From Candidatus Thorarchaeota archaeon (GTDB lineage Archaea; Asgardarchaeota; Thorarchaeia; Thorarchaeales; Thorarchaeaceae), in NCBI GenBank assembly GCA_048882045.1, contig JBHLRZ010000006.1:1-64000 (forward strand): a stretch of DNA of 64,000 nucleotides, given 5' to 3'. A program made the translations under genes and the position numbers. Under the pieces are notes generated by a model. It saw only the letters and a program-made list of their open reading frames with translations. It was not told the origin of the DNA and searched no databases. Shown piece after piece: positions 18,837 through 28,189 of the stretch (the stretch's first letter is position 1; each line of letters opens with the position of its first letter).

Positions 18837-19982
18837 TTACTTCTTTTTCTTCTTGTTCTGTTTCTTCTTGGTCTGCTTCACAGACTTTCGAGACGTCGTG
18901 ACATTGGATTTTTCTTTCTTCTTCTTGCCATCATCTTTCTTAGACTTGGAAGATTTTGCGACTGAGGCGGGCATAGTTGCTCTTGCCCACAGCTCAATGT
19001 TTGCGCTCTCATCTACTGCTGCTACAGTTGTAGGTCTCTTGATCTCTTCAATTCTTTCTCTTCTAACAATAGTTGCCCCTAGACGACGTGCTAGTTTCAG
19101 AATCCTGATTGTTGATCTAGATTGCATTACCTCGTTGAAGCCAATTACTGGAATTATAAATGCCATGACAAAGAAGGGGAGTCCTAATGTCCATAGGAAT
19201 CCAACAATTGCTTCAAATAGGAAGGCATTCGCTTCGGCAGGTATTGCTAGGTTGATGTCACCCTGAAACAAAGGAATTAGCAACGGTTCATAGAAGTGGT
19301 TTACGAACATCGTAATAGGAAACGCAAGAATGGCATAACCCCCGAGCATGTTTGAGATCCAACGACCAACTCCCTGAGTGTCTGGGCACTGCCTTACATC
19401 CATACGGTCGGACTTCAGATGTGTGACTACTCCAGCGTCATTGAGTACCCATGTTGGCATAAACAGTAGAAGGGCGATTGGCATGAAAAGCAATGCACTC
19501 ATCAATGACACTACGATTGGGAAAAAGGCCGCAATCTCAGGGGGCGCTGTGAAGTCAGTTCCAAACAAGAAATCTCTGAGAGGCGTACGAAACATACCTG
19601 CGAATGCGACACTAAACAGTGCCGGTAGAGCAGCCCTTCTAATCATCTGTGCGCCTCCAAAATGAGAAGCAATGTTCATGATGTTCAATTCATATCTAGT
19701 AGTCTTGGCAACCTTTGTGAAGACTAGGATTAGTGCTGCTATTGGAACAGCAAAGAGGTAGTACTCAAGGAATAATATTGGAATTGCAAGTAGTATAATG
19801 AACATGATATCTAGCCCTAAGGTTGCATCTGTCAAAGCCAAAGTAGAATTCCAATCAAACCAATTAGTCGGAGCCATATTCTCTGTAATCATAAAGATCA
19901 GCTGCATAGATACAAGGAAACCAAGTAGAAAGAAACCTACTGGAGCCGCGAACCGTCTAGCACCCATCGTAAAGACCTGCAA
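18837..19982 (-). CDS. Polytopic membrane protein with Lys-rich C-terminal tail
   Basis: About six hydrophobic segments; tail ends KKKQNKKKKK; start uncertain (likely ATG of MGARRF). Confidence 0.75.
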   Translation of the reverse strand: MQVFTMGARRFAAPVGFFLLGFLVSMQLIFMITENMAPTNWFDWNSTLALTDATLGLDIMFIILLAIPILFLEYYLFAVPIAALILVFTKVAKTTRYELNIMNIASHFGGAQMIRRAALPALFSVAFAGMFRTPLRDFLFGTDFTAPPEIAAFFPIVVSLMSALLFMPIALLLFMPTWVLNDAGVVTHLKSDRMDVRQCPDTQGVGRWISNMLGGYAILAFPITMFVNHFYEPLLIPLFQGDINLAIPAEANAFLFEAIVGFLWTLGLPFFVMAFIIPVIGFNEVMQSRSTIRILKLARRLGATIVRRERIEEIKRPTTVAAVDESANIELWARATMPASVAKSSKSKKDDGKKKKEKSNVTTSRKSVKQTKKKQNKKKKK

Positions 19983-20042
19983 TCAGGCTAACATGAACCA
20001 ATGTATATCTTTTGGAAATCGGTCCCGTCTATTGAAAGTTGA

Positions 20043-21233
20043 TTAATAGAAGATGCCCCATAATGGAGGAATACTAAGGACCAAGATTATCATTGATATT
20101 ACGAAGATTACTATTTTTGCCTTAGATATCTGCACTGTATCATTTAGAGGACCAGGATGGCCTCCTCCTGCGGACATCAAGAGTATGAGTATCGCCATAG
20201 TGAAATATCCAGCCAATACCATGAGCATGAGTGCAATCCAACCAATCTGCTTGTGATACTTAGGACCAACAATCGCTCTCAAGGCATGACCGCCATCAAG
20301 CTGGGCTATTGGAAACAGGTTCAATGAGGTTACTAGTAAACCCACCCATGCAGCAAAGGCTACTGGATGCATGTAGAGTGTGCCTCCCGCTGGTATGAAC
20401 TCAGTAAAGAGGTATCCAACAAGCGTGAAGAGTAACGGAACTCCAATTTCACCTGATTGACCGGGGAATGTTTCCTCAATAGCAATCAGCTGTTGAGCAG
20501 TGACAGGCATAGACATCGCATAGCCTATGAAGAGCACGACAAGCGTCACAGCGAATCCTGCGAGGGGTCCCGCGAGACCTAGATTGATTAAATCCTCTCT
20601 GTTGTTTGGAGGACTCTTCTGTTGGATGAACGCACCGAATGTACCACCCAACTGGGGTATTCCAGGTATGAAGTAAGGCAGTGTTGCAGCTATACCTCGT
20701 TTCTGAGCCATCTTGTAGTGTCCCATCTCATGAGTGAAGATGATACCCATGAGTGCCAACATGAATGTGATGACGACAAATGCGAGGTCTATCAGTGAAA
20801 GACCCTCAGGGTAAAAGAGTGTGATGAATACTGGACTAGTTGCTTGGAGAATACCTGCGATTGCTATTGTACACAATGTAACCACAAACAAAACATAGTT
20901 GATCCTCTCGTTACTCTTGCTTGGTGTTTGAACTGGAACAAAACGAATGAAATACTCACCTTCCGCCTTGTTACGCCAACGGACCATTGGCCAGACCTTG
21001 AGTGACTTGGTCTTCTCTGACAGTTCTTTGAAGATTCGGTCTTGCTCCTCATTGCTTGGAATGATACCGCCCTCAGGCCAGCGAACCACAAAGGTCGGCA
21101 TTCCATATTCAAGGACACTCATCACTATTTGGAAATAAACAGTAAGTATGGAATTTAATTCAGCAAACGTCGGGTATGAAATAACGGTGCTGACATGTTC
21201 ATCGTCAATAGCCAAAATGTTCGTTTCTCCCAA
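20043..21233 (-). CDS. Site-2 protease (peptidase M50)
   Basis: HEMGH, PYFIP, GTFGAFI, AGPLAG, NLFPIAQLDGGH. Confidence 0.93.
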   Translation of the reverse strand: MGETNILAIDDEHVSTVISYPTFAELNSILTVYFQIVMSVLEYGMPTFVVRWPEGGIIPSNEEQDRIFKELSEKTKSLKVWPMVRWRNKAEGEYFIRFVPVQTPSKSNERINYVLFVVTLCTIAIAGILQATSPVFITLFYPEGLSLIDLAFVVITFMLALMGIIFTHEMGHYKMAQKRGIAATLPYFIPGIPQLGGTFGAFIQQKSPPNNREDLINLGLAGPLAGFAVTLVVLFIGYAMSMPVTAQQLIAIEETFPGQSGEIGVPLLFTLVGYLFTEFIPAGGTLYMHPVAFAAWVGLLVTSLNLFPIAQLDGGHALRAIVGPKYHKQIGWIALMLMVLAGYFTMAILILLMSAGGGHPGPLNDTVQISKAKIVIFVISMIILVLSIPPLWGIFY

Positions 21234-21307
21234 TGTCTAGGACAGTCTGGATTTCCTACTGAGCCATTATAAGAATTATCGCTAAGGCAGACTTGTACTA
21301 GGAATTA

Positions 21308-23224
21308 TCAGAGTTCAAGATTATTGGCAAAATCGTAAGACCCATGGATTATCTCAAGGATGTTTAAAGCAGGCTTTCTCGCTGACCCAATCACTTCGAC
21401 CCTAAGACCTGTTCCATCAAGTTGCTTCAATATTCGATCGCGTGGTTGTGGATTCGTTGCTACAACCACAGTATTTGCTGTCACTAGGTCATTTACTCCG
21501 TCTATCAACACTGAGAGGAGATTACTATCAATCGTGGTAACCCTTGAATTGGTGTGCATATGAACACCCTTCTTCTTCATTTCCTGCAAAATCACCCATC
21601 TCGTTGTTCGACCAAGATCTATTCCCATAACCTCGTCAGCATCATAAACATGAACAGAATCAGCCCTTGACGCCAGGTAGAGTGCGGTATAGCATCCAAG
21701 TGCACCTCCACCGACGATAGCAACATCTCTGAGGTCGTCCAATCCAAGAGATATTGCATCATATGCACTTGTCACATGGGACATCTCAACGCCATCAACC
21801 TCAGGAGCGCTAGCTACTGTACCACTTGCGATGACAACGACATCGTACATTCCTTCGACAAGAGCCTTAGCTGTTGCGATTTGATTGAGTCGTATGTCAA
21901 CTCCTAATCGGTCTAACTCCCGACCCATATACGATACATAAGCTGCAAATTCACCACGACCTGGAATTTTGGCTGCAAGATTCAAGAGACCTCCCAGCTT
22001 GTCTTTCTCTTCGAATAATGTGACAAAGAATCCTCTCAAAGCCAGAACGCGGGCAGCTTCCATACCAGCTGGTCCTCCACCAACAATTGCAATGTTCCCT
22101 GAATCCGACCTCCTGAGTGCTCGCTCCGCTTCATAACCAGCCAACGGATTGATTGCACATGTAACTGGTTCTAACATGAAGACCTTGTCAAGACAACCTT
22201 GGTTACATCCGATACATGGACGTGTAAGAAGGTGTTCACCAGCCTGAGCCTTTGTTGGTAGTTCAGGATCTGCGATTAATCCCCTTGACATGCCAATGAG
22301 CTGAACCTTACCTCGTGAAAGGATTCTTTCAGCAACACTCACACTGTTTATCCTGTTGCATGCCACGACTGGCACATCGACAGTTTCTGCTATACCCTCA
22401 GCAAGATACGCATATCCACCTCGTGGAACGTTCATTGTTATCTGAGGTACCCGTGTTTCGTGCCATCCTCCAGTGACATTGATAGCATCGACGCCTCGTT
22501 TGACAAGGATTGGAGCAAAGGTCTTGTTATCCTCAAGAGTGAGTCCATCAGGTACAAAATCTTCTCCACTCATCCGGTAGAATATTGGATACTTCGACCC
22601 TACTGCCCTCCTTACTGCATCAACAACTTCGAGCGCGAATCTTGAACGGTTTTCGAAACTTCCACCGTATTCATCGGTCCGCTTGTTTGTAGCTACTGCA
22701 AGAAATTGGTTGATGAGATAACCAGCAGAGCCAATGATTTCCACAGAATCAAAACCTGCTTGTTTTGCTCGCTTGGCCGCCGTACCAAAATTCCCTGTTG
22801 TCTGATGAATTTCATCTATGTTGAGAGCCCTTGGTGTCTCTCGAGTCAGTCTACAACGCTCTTCAGACGCTGAAACAGCCTGTTCACCTAGGACCAGTGA
22901 ATGTGCATATCGCCCTGCATGATAGAGTTGAGCTGCTACCGGGATCCCGAACTCATGAATTGCTTCAACAAGTTGACTGAGACCCTCAATGTGTTCGTCC
23001 TTGCTAATTCCTATCATCGTAGGAGTACTCATCCCTAGATGCTCTGTGTAGCAACCACCAACTATGATCAAACCGGGTCCATGTTTTGCTCGTTCTCTAT
23101 AGAAGTTGACAACACGATTATTGACCACTCCGTCCTCCTCACAATGATTCAGATGAGTTGCAAGCATCACCAGTCGATTCTCTAGTTTGAGATCACTGAG
23201 AGAAACTGGGTCCCAAAGTCGCAT
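21308..23224 (-). CDS. NADH:flavin oxidoreductase / 2,4-dienoyl-CoA reductase (FadH-like)
   Basis: OYE barrel (QLYHAGRYA, GYLINQFL..TNKRTDEYGGS), 4Fe-4S CIGCNQGC..C, FAD GGGPAGMEAA. Confidence 0.9.
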   Translation of the reverse strand: MRLWDPVSLSDLKLENRLVMLATHLNHCEEDGVVNNRVVNFYRERAKHGPGLIIVGGCYTEHLGMSTPTMIGISKDEHIEGLSQLVEAIHEFGIPVAAQLYHAGRYAHSLVLGEQAVSASEERCRLTRETPRALNIDEIHQTTGNFGTAAKRAKQAGFDSVEIIGSAGYLINQFLAVATNKRTDEYGGSFENRSRFALEVVDAVRRAVGSKYPIFYRMSGEDFVPDGLTLEDNKTFAPILVKRGVDAINVTGGWHETRVPQITMNVPRGGYAYLAEGIAETVDVPVVACNRINSVSVAERILSRGKVQLIGMSRGLIADPELPTKAQAGEHLLTRPCIGCNQGCLDKVFMLEPVTCAINPLAGYEAERALRRSDSGNIAIVGGGPAGMEAARVLALRGFFVTLFEEKDKLGGLLNLAAKIPGRGEFAAYVSYMGRELDRLGVDIRLNQIATAKALVEGMYDVVVIASGTVASAPEVDGVEMSHVTSAYDAISLGLDDLRDVAIVGGGALGCYTALYLASRADSVHVYDADEVMGIDLGRTTRWVILQEMKKKGVHMHTNSRVTTIDSNLLSVLIDGVNDLVTANTVVVATNPQPRDRILKQLDGTGLRVEVIGSARKPALNILEIIHGSYDFANNLEL

Positions 23225-23225
23225 A

Positions 23226-24068
23226 TCATTCACCATAGAACTTGTACCAATGTTGAATTGATCGTTCAGCAAAGCGCTCTGCACCTGTAGATATCTGAGG
23301 AGGTATTTTTGTAGAATCGAGAAATGCTTCTAACGATAATTCCGAAGCAAGTGCTTCTTTGACGTTGTCCCTTAGTGAAGATAAGGCATCAAGGTACTCC
23401 TCAACCTCCTTCAAACCACATACTTGACCATGCCCCGGGATAACGGTCTCATATCCCATAGCCAAGACATCTTCCAGAGCCATAATCCATCGATCCGGAT
23501 TACAGGATCTGTCACCAGCATATGGAAACCTCCCGTTGAAAATCAAGTCACCAATGAAAATCGTGTTGTGCGTTTCTGATATGATGACTGATGAACCAGC
23601 AGTGTGTCCCCCCATGAGTTTAACCAAGACCTCTTTATTGTTACCAAGAATAAGTTGATTCTTGAAGACGATGTCTGGCAACCTGATAGATAAGTCATCA
23701 AGAGATTTCCAAAGCTCCGGACGCTCATCCTTCATCCCTTCATAATTCTTCTTCAGGATTTCAATCTTCCAGTCATTTTCAAGGTTCTCCTCACACCCTT
23801 TCCTCATCAGCTCAGATGCAATAAGACTGACTGGTTCAAAGGCTTGAGCTCCAAATACATGATCACTATGGTAATGAGTGAAAATAAGTTTGAGAATTGG
23901 CAACCCACTTTCCTGTTCGAGAAAGTCCTTGGTCACTCGACTCTTCTGATGAACCATCCCTGCATCAATCATGATGACTTCATCCTCAAGGACAATAGCT
24001 CCATGGTTACCTCCATTAGTCCCGTCAGTTGATGCATAGATTCCATCTGCAAGTTTGGATAAAGACAT
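23226..24068 (-). CDS. MBL-fold metallo-hydrolase
   Basis: IDAG, THYHSDH, GHT, GD, PGHG. Confidence 0.9.
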   Translation of the reverse strand: MSLSKLADGIYASTDGTNGGNHGAIVLEDEVIMIDAGMVHQKSRVTKDFLEQESGLPILKLIFTHYHSDHVFGAQAFEPVSLIASELMRKGCEENLENDWKIEILKKNYEGMKDERPELWKSLDDLSIRLPDIVFKNQLILGNNKEVLVKLMGGHTAGSSVIISETHNTIFIGDLIFNGRFPYAGDRSCNPDRWIMALEDVLAMGYETVIPGHGQVCGLKEVEEYLDALSSLRDNVKEALASELSLEAFLDSTKIPPQISTGAERFAERSIQHWYKFYGE

Positions 24069-24112
24069 ACGTACGACTCGTCAGTCTTGCAGATATAGTT
24101 GTCCACTCAAGG

Positions 24113-24763
24113 TCAGTGATTTGAAAGAGTGCGAAGAATTCCATTCATGGCACCTTCAGGCCCTTTGAAGACTCGTACCCTGAAACCGACACCAAGTCGA
24201 TCTGCAATTCCTCTGCATGCATCAATATCGACACCTGGAATGTCTACAGCTGAAAGTTCCACTTTCATCAGAAGTTTGCATCGTTCCGTGAACTCAAGTA
24301 TAGACTCGAATGCTCCTCGACCCATCTTTGGTTTGCACAGTTGGAAATAGGTTTCAGAATCAGGTGCATTAAGTGAAATCTGGATTCTGTCAAGTCCTGC
24401 ATCTACTAGTTCTTGAGGAACATCACGAGTTGGGTGAATCAAAAGTGCTTGACCATTCGTATTCATTCGGACCTCAGTATCAGTGAGTTCCTTTATTCGT
24501 AGGATTGCTGCGAGGACTGTATCCAGATTGAGTATTGGTTCGCCGAAACCAACAATTGCCACATCATCGAAATCAGGATTCCATGATGTGTTTATTGCAT
24601 CTATCATCTCCTCAGGTGTAGGGTCGTTCTCTAGAAGTAGATTAAATCCAAATACTCCATCTCCGAAGTTACGAACACAAAAGAGACAGTCGTTCATACA
24701 TTGGGATGTTGGGTTAAGGTAGAAACTAGTTCCACGCCAGTATGTCAGATCACCACTTGACAT
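24113..24763 (-). CDS. Radical SAM protein, TatD-associated type
   Basis: YLNPTSQCMNDCLFCVR (CxxxCxxC), GFGEP, RMNTNG, ISLNAP, FRVR. Confidence 0.85.
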   Translation of the reverse strand: MSSGDLTYWRGTSFYLNPTSQCMNDCLFCVRNFGDGVFGFNLLLENDPTPEEMIDAINTSWNPDFDDVAIVGFGEPILNLDTVLAAILRIKELTDTEVRMNTNGQALLIHPTRDVPQELVDAGLDRIQISLNAPDSETYFQLCKPKMGRGAFESILEFTERCKLLMKVELSAVDIPGVDIDACRGIADRLGVGFRVRVFKGPEGAMNGILRTLSNH

Positions 24764-24839
24764 CAGGACAACACATCTTTCTAGGAACGGCTGAATACAC
24801 TAACGAAGAAGGTCACATTTAACCTTCTCGAATGGGGGA

Positions 24840-24853
24840 GTCGATTTGTTTAT
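24840..24853 (+). promoter_or_regulatory. Conserved 14-bp promoter element, copy 1
   Basis: GTCGATTTGTTTAT starting 46 nt before the ATG; identical copy at 26370. Confidence 0.65.
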
Positions 24854-24885
24854 CTCAAAAAAAGGCGATATTCTCTTGACAGGTT

Positions 24886-26289
24886 ATGTCTTCGCTAAGA
24901 GGTCGAGTGGGTAATAAAAAGTCAATGGATGCATTGATAATTGTTGCAATCATTGTTTGTTCCACAATCATTACGATACCACTCTGGATTCCGAGACCAC
25001 CTCCTGAGGTGACCCTGCGAATTCTGACATTCTTAGATATAGATAGTCAAATCCTTTTCGAAGAACCGTTTCTTAGCAGCGCTTTCGCTGATGATCACAA
25101 TATTGTAGACATTGAATGGATTGGTTTCAATAGCGACATAGGGCAGTTTATGATTGGTTCGGGAAATCTGGATCTGGTGATGGTTCCATCTGAAGTCATA
25201 GAGAATTACGCTGAGCTGGGTTACCTAAAACACATTGACAGGAACGTAACTATCGGTCTCAATGAAACAATTGCTGGTGTACCACTCAAAGGATATGATG
25301 GACTTCATGCAATTTGGTGTACCTACGGGTTCTATATTGCAATATATGAGCTACTAGTGAACACAACCATGCTTCAGGAGTATGGATTATCTGTTCCAAC
25401 TACTATCGAGGATCTAGCGTCACCCCAATATGCTCCAAATGGACCCAACTCGTCACTTATCGGATATGGCTTTGTTGATCGACTCTCAGAAGAACATGAG
25501 TTCCAACATTTACTCACAAAACAGATGGGGTGGGAAGAGGGAATCAAAATGCTGACAACGATCTATGCAAACTCAAGAGTCTATGAGGATATGAGTGAGG
25601 CTGAACTTGCTCTAGAGGGAGGAGAGATAGCAATCACTATGTCGACATTTACCGGAAACCCACACGAGCCTCTTCCTTTCGGAATTGTCCGGACTCATCT
25701 TGAAGACCAAGTTGCCATTATCCGAGATGCAGTGGGTATAGATAACGCTACACAACATCCCGAAGAATCAGAGGGGTTCGTGAAGTACCTTCTCTCTCCC
25801 GAGTGTCAATCCAATATATTGCACTACGCTGGATCCCAGATGCCTATTCGTCGTGAAGCTTTTGAAATCAACCCAACTATCAGTGATTACTCGATATATT
25901 CAGAGTTCAACTGGACCGCACGATCCGAAGGAATGGGAATAGAATCTCTCCTGGATATTGAGGACTTAGCATTGTGGTACTATTTGAACTCAACAGCTTT
26001 TGCTAGTCGCAGAAACCTTACGATTTGTTGGGAGAATCTGTATGAGTCCTTTAATAACGGGTCCATAACACAAACTCAGTTTGAGAACTTCAGAGATGGG
26101 ATGGGAGAATTACTGAATATTACTGATCCTTTGACTAACGACAGTGAAACCTTCACTGAGGAATACGCTGTTAGAATAGCTCTTGACCTGTACATAGTTG
26201 ATTATGAACAGGAGTTATCTCGTCGTTGGAGATTAGCTGCGAACCTAAGGTATGATCAAATTCTGTTTGAGCTATCAGCCCTTTTGTAA
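24886..26289 (+). CDS. Membrane-anchored extracellular solute-binding protein (class II, Fe3+/thiamine-like)
   Basis: N-terminal TM, VNTTML..YGL.VPTTIEDL, GEIAI, FVKYLLSPECQ, MPIR. Confidence 0.8.
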   Translation: MSSLRGRVGNKKSMDALIIVAIIVCSTIITIPLWIPRPPPEVTLRILTFLDIDSQILFEEPFLSSAFADDHNIVDIEWIGFNSDIGQFMIGSGNLDLVMVPSEVIENYAELGYLKHIDRNVTIGLNETIAGVPLKGYDGLHAIWCTYGFYIAIYELLVNTTMLQEYGLSVPTTIEDLASPQYAPNGPNSSLIGYGFVDRLSEEHEFQHLLTKQMGWEEGIKMLTTIYANSRVYEDMSEAELALEGGEIAITMSTFTGNPHEPLPFGIVRTHLEDQVAIIRDAVGIDNATQHPEESEGFVKYLLSPECQSNILHYAGSQMPIRREAFEINPTISDYSIYSEFNWTARSEGMGIESLLDIEDLALWYYLNSTAFASRRNLTICWENLYESFNNGSITQTQFENFRDGMGELLNITDPLTNDSETFTEEYAVRIALDLYIVDYEQELSRRWRLAANLRYDQILFELSALL

Positions 26290-26369
26290 TATAACTCGGA
26301 TATTCAAAGGAGTGACAATGTTATGAGAATACTGGTATGAAAGTTCACTCGAAACTATCTATGTCACAT

Positions 26370-26383
26370 GTCGATTTGTTTAT
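26370..26383 (+). promoter_or_regulatory. Conserved 14-bp promoter element, copy 2
   Basis: GTCGATTTGTTTAT starting 47 nt before the ATG. Confidence 0.65.
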
Positions 26384-26416
26384 TTCCAATCTTACCGGAG
26401 GGAGTATGGTTAAGTT

Positions 26417-27811
26417 ATGTCTAGCTTGAGAGGGAAAGCCATCGACGCAAATAAAATAGATGGGATTCTCGTTCTGGCAATTATTGTCTGTGCTTCGATA
26501 GTTGTAACACCATGGATTATACCAAGACCTTCTCCAGAACCTTCAGAAGTTGTATTGCATATTCTTACTCAGGATGACATTCAAACTCAGATTGCTATTG
26601 AGGGAGGATTTCTCAACAGCCAGTTAGCAGAACAATATAACATCGTTGATATCAAATGGACTAGTCTTCCCAGTAATTTGTGGTATGACAGGGTTGGTGA
26701 GGGATATTTCGATGTGGTCATGGGAACTAAAGAAAGAGTTTTGCTGATCAGTAATCTATTGAGCCCTCTAAATCAGAGTCTATCGGAAGGTGTAAATGAT
26801 TCAATTGCAGGAGTCGGAATGAAGGCATATCATTGGAGCTCCTACGGATTTTATGTAGCAATCTTCGAACTGCTAGTCAATCAAACGCTGCTTCAAGAAG
26901 AAGGGGTTCCCATCCCTAGGACTGTTGATGAACTTCTGGATCCACAATATCATCAAAGTGAAGTTAACTCATCACTAATTGGCATGGATATACCGCATGA
27001 CCTTTCAATAGGACATCAATTTCAACACCTGGTGACAAGGGAAAATGGATGGGAGATTGGAGTTCAGAAACTCACTGCACTATATGCTAATTCAAGATTC
27101 TATGAGCATTGGGGTGATGCAAAGGAAGCTCTTCTCAATGGAGAAATCGCCATCACTTTGACAGTATTTACAGGTCGTTTGCATGAAATGCTTCCTCTCT
27201 CACTCACATATAGTCACCTTGAGAATCAAGTCGTGGTAGTTCCTGATGTCGTCGGTATAGATAGTTCAACACAACACAACGACGAATCAGAGGTATTTGT
27301 AAGATATCTTCTCTCACCTGAGTGTCAGGGCATTATACTGCAGGAAGGAGGAACACGAATGCCAGTTCGACGAGAAGCATTTGATATGAATCCAGGAGCA
27401 GTAGATGAGCGCATATATGCAGAGTACAACTGGACAGCTAAATCAGTCGGCGCTGGTGTGGAAGACCTTCTGACCTCGGGGGATTATGCGTTGTGGCTCT
27501 ACATGAACTCAACCACCTTCTCAACTAGAAGTAATCTGACAAACTGCTGGGAGAACATATACAAGGCATATGAGAACGCATCAATTGATTATGAACAGTT
27601 CATTGATTTCAGGGACAGCTTGGGCGAATCCCTAACTGTTATCGATCCATGGTCTCTAGATAACGAAACTTTCGGTGAAGATTATGCATTCTATCTCTAT
27701 TTGTACTTTCCATTAGGTGGTGAATATGAATGGGAATTATGTAGACGATGGGAGGTCGCTGCAAATTCGAGGTTTGAAACTATATTGATTGCGCTATCAG
27801 AAGTGATTTAG
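26417..27811 (+). CDS. Solute-binding protein, tandem paralog of 24886..26289
   Basis: Colinear shared motifs: MSSLRG, YGFY.AI.ELLVN, YLLSPECQ, NWTA, LW.Y.NST.F, CWEN.Y, RRW..AAN. Confidence 0.8.
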   Translation: MSSLRGKAIDANKIDGILVLAIIVCASIVVTPWIIPRPSPEPSEVVLHILTQDDIQTQIAIEGGFLNSQLAEQYNIVDIKWTSLPSNLWYDRVGEGYFDVVMGTKERVLLISNLLSPLNQSLSEGVNDSIAGVGMKAYHWSSYGFYVAIFELLVNQTLLQEEGVPIPRTVDELLDPQYHQSEVNSSLIGMDIPHDLSIGHQFQHLVTRENGWEIGVQKLTALYANSRFYEHWGDAKEALLNGEIAITLTVFTGRLHEMLPLSLTYSHLENQVVVVPDVVGIDSSTQHNDESEVFVRYLLSPECQGIILQEGGTRMPVRREAFDMNPGAVDERIYAEYNWTAKSVGAGVEDLLTSGDYALWLYMNSTTFSTRSNLTNCWENIYKAYENASIDYEQFIDFRDSLGESLTVIDPWSLDNETFGEDYAFYLYLYFPLGGEYEWELCRRWEVAANSRFETILIALSEVI

Positions 27812-27838
27812 GTTTTGAGCAAATATGTGATTAGATGA

Positions 27839-28189
27839 TTGACTATGACCAAAACAAGGAAAGAACTTGCACAACTCACCTGTACACCATGTAGAGGAGA
27901 TGTACCACCTCTAAAGCAGGAACGAATAAAGAAGATGCTTGAAGTTGTACCAGGATGGAAAAAGACAGAGGATGATATCGACAAGATAGAGAAACAATTC
28001 AAGTTTAAAAACTTCTCAGAATCGATGGATTTTGTCAATAGAGTCGCAGAGATAGCTGAGGAACAAGGCCACCATCCAGACATCTACATACATTGGAATG
28101 AGGTCACTTTAACGCTCTACACTCACGCAATCAGGGGTCTTTTCGACAACGATTTCATTTTAGCGGCTAAGATTGATGAGATCATGTGA
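27839..28189 (+). CDS. Pterin-4-alpha-carbinolamine dehydratase
   Basis: CTPCRG, FKFKNF, AEEQGHHPDI, YTHAIRGL..NDFILAAKID. Confidence 0.92.
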   Translation: MTMTKTRKELAQLTCTPCRGDVPPLKQERIKKMLEVVPGWKKTEDDIDKIEKQFKFKNFSESMDFVNRVAEIAEEQGHHPDIYIHWNEVTLTLYTHAIRGLFDNDFILAAKIDEIM

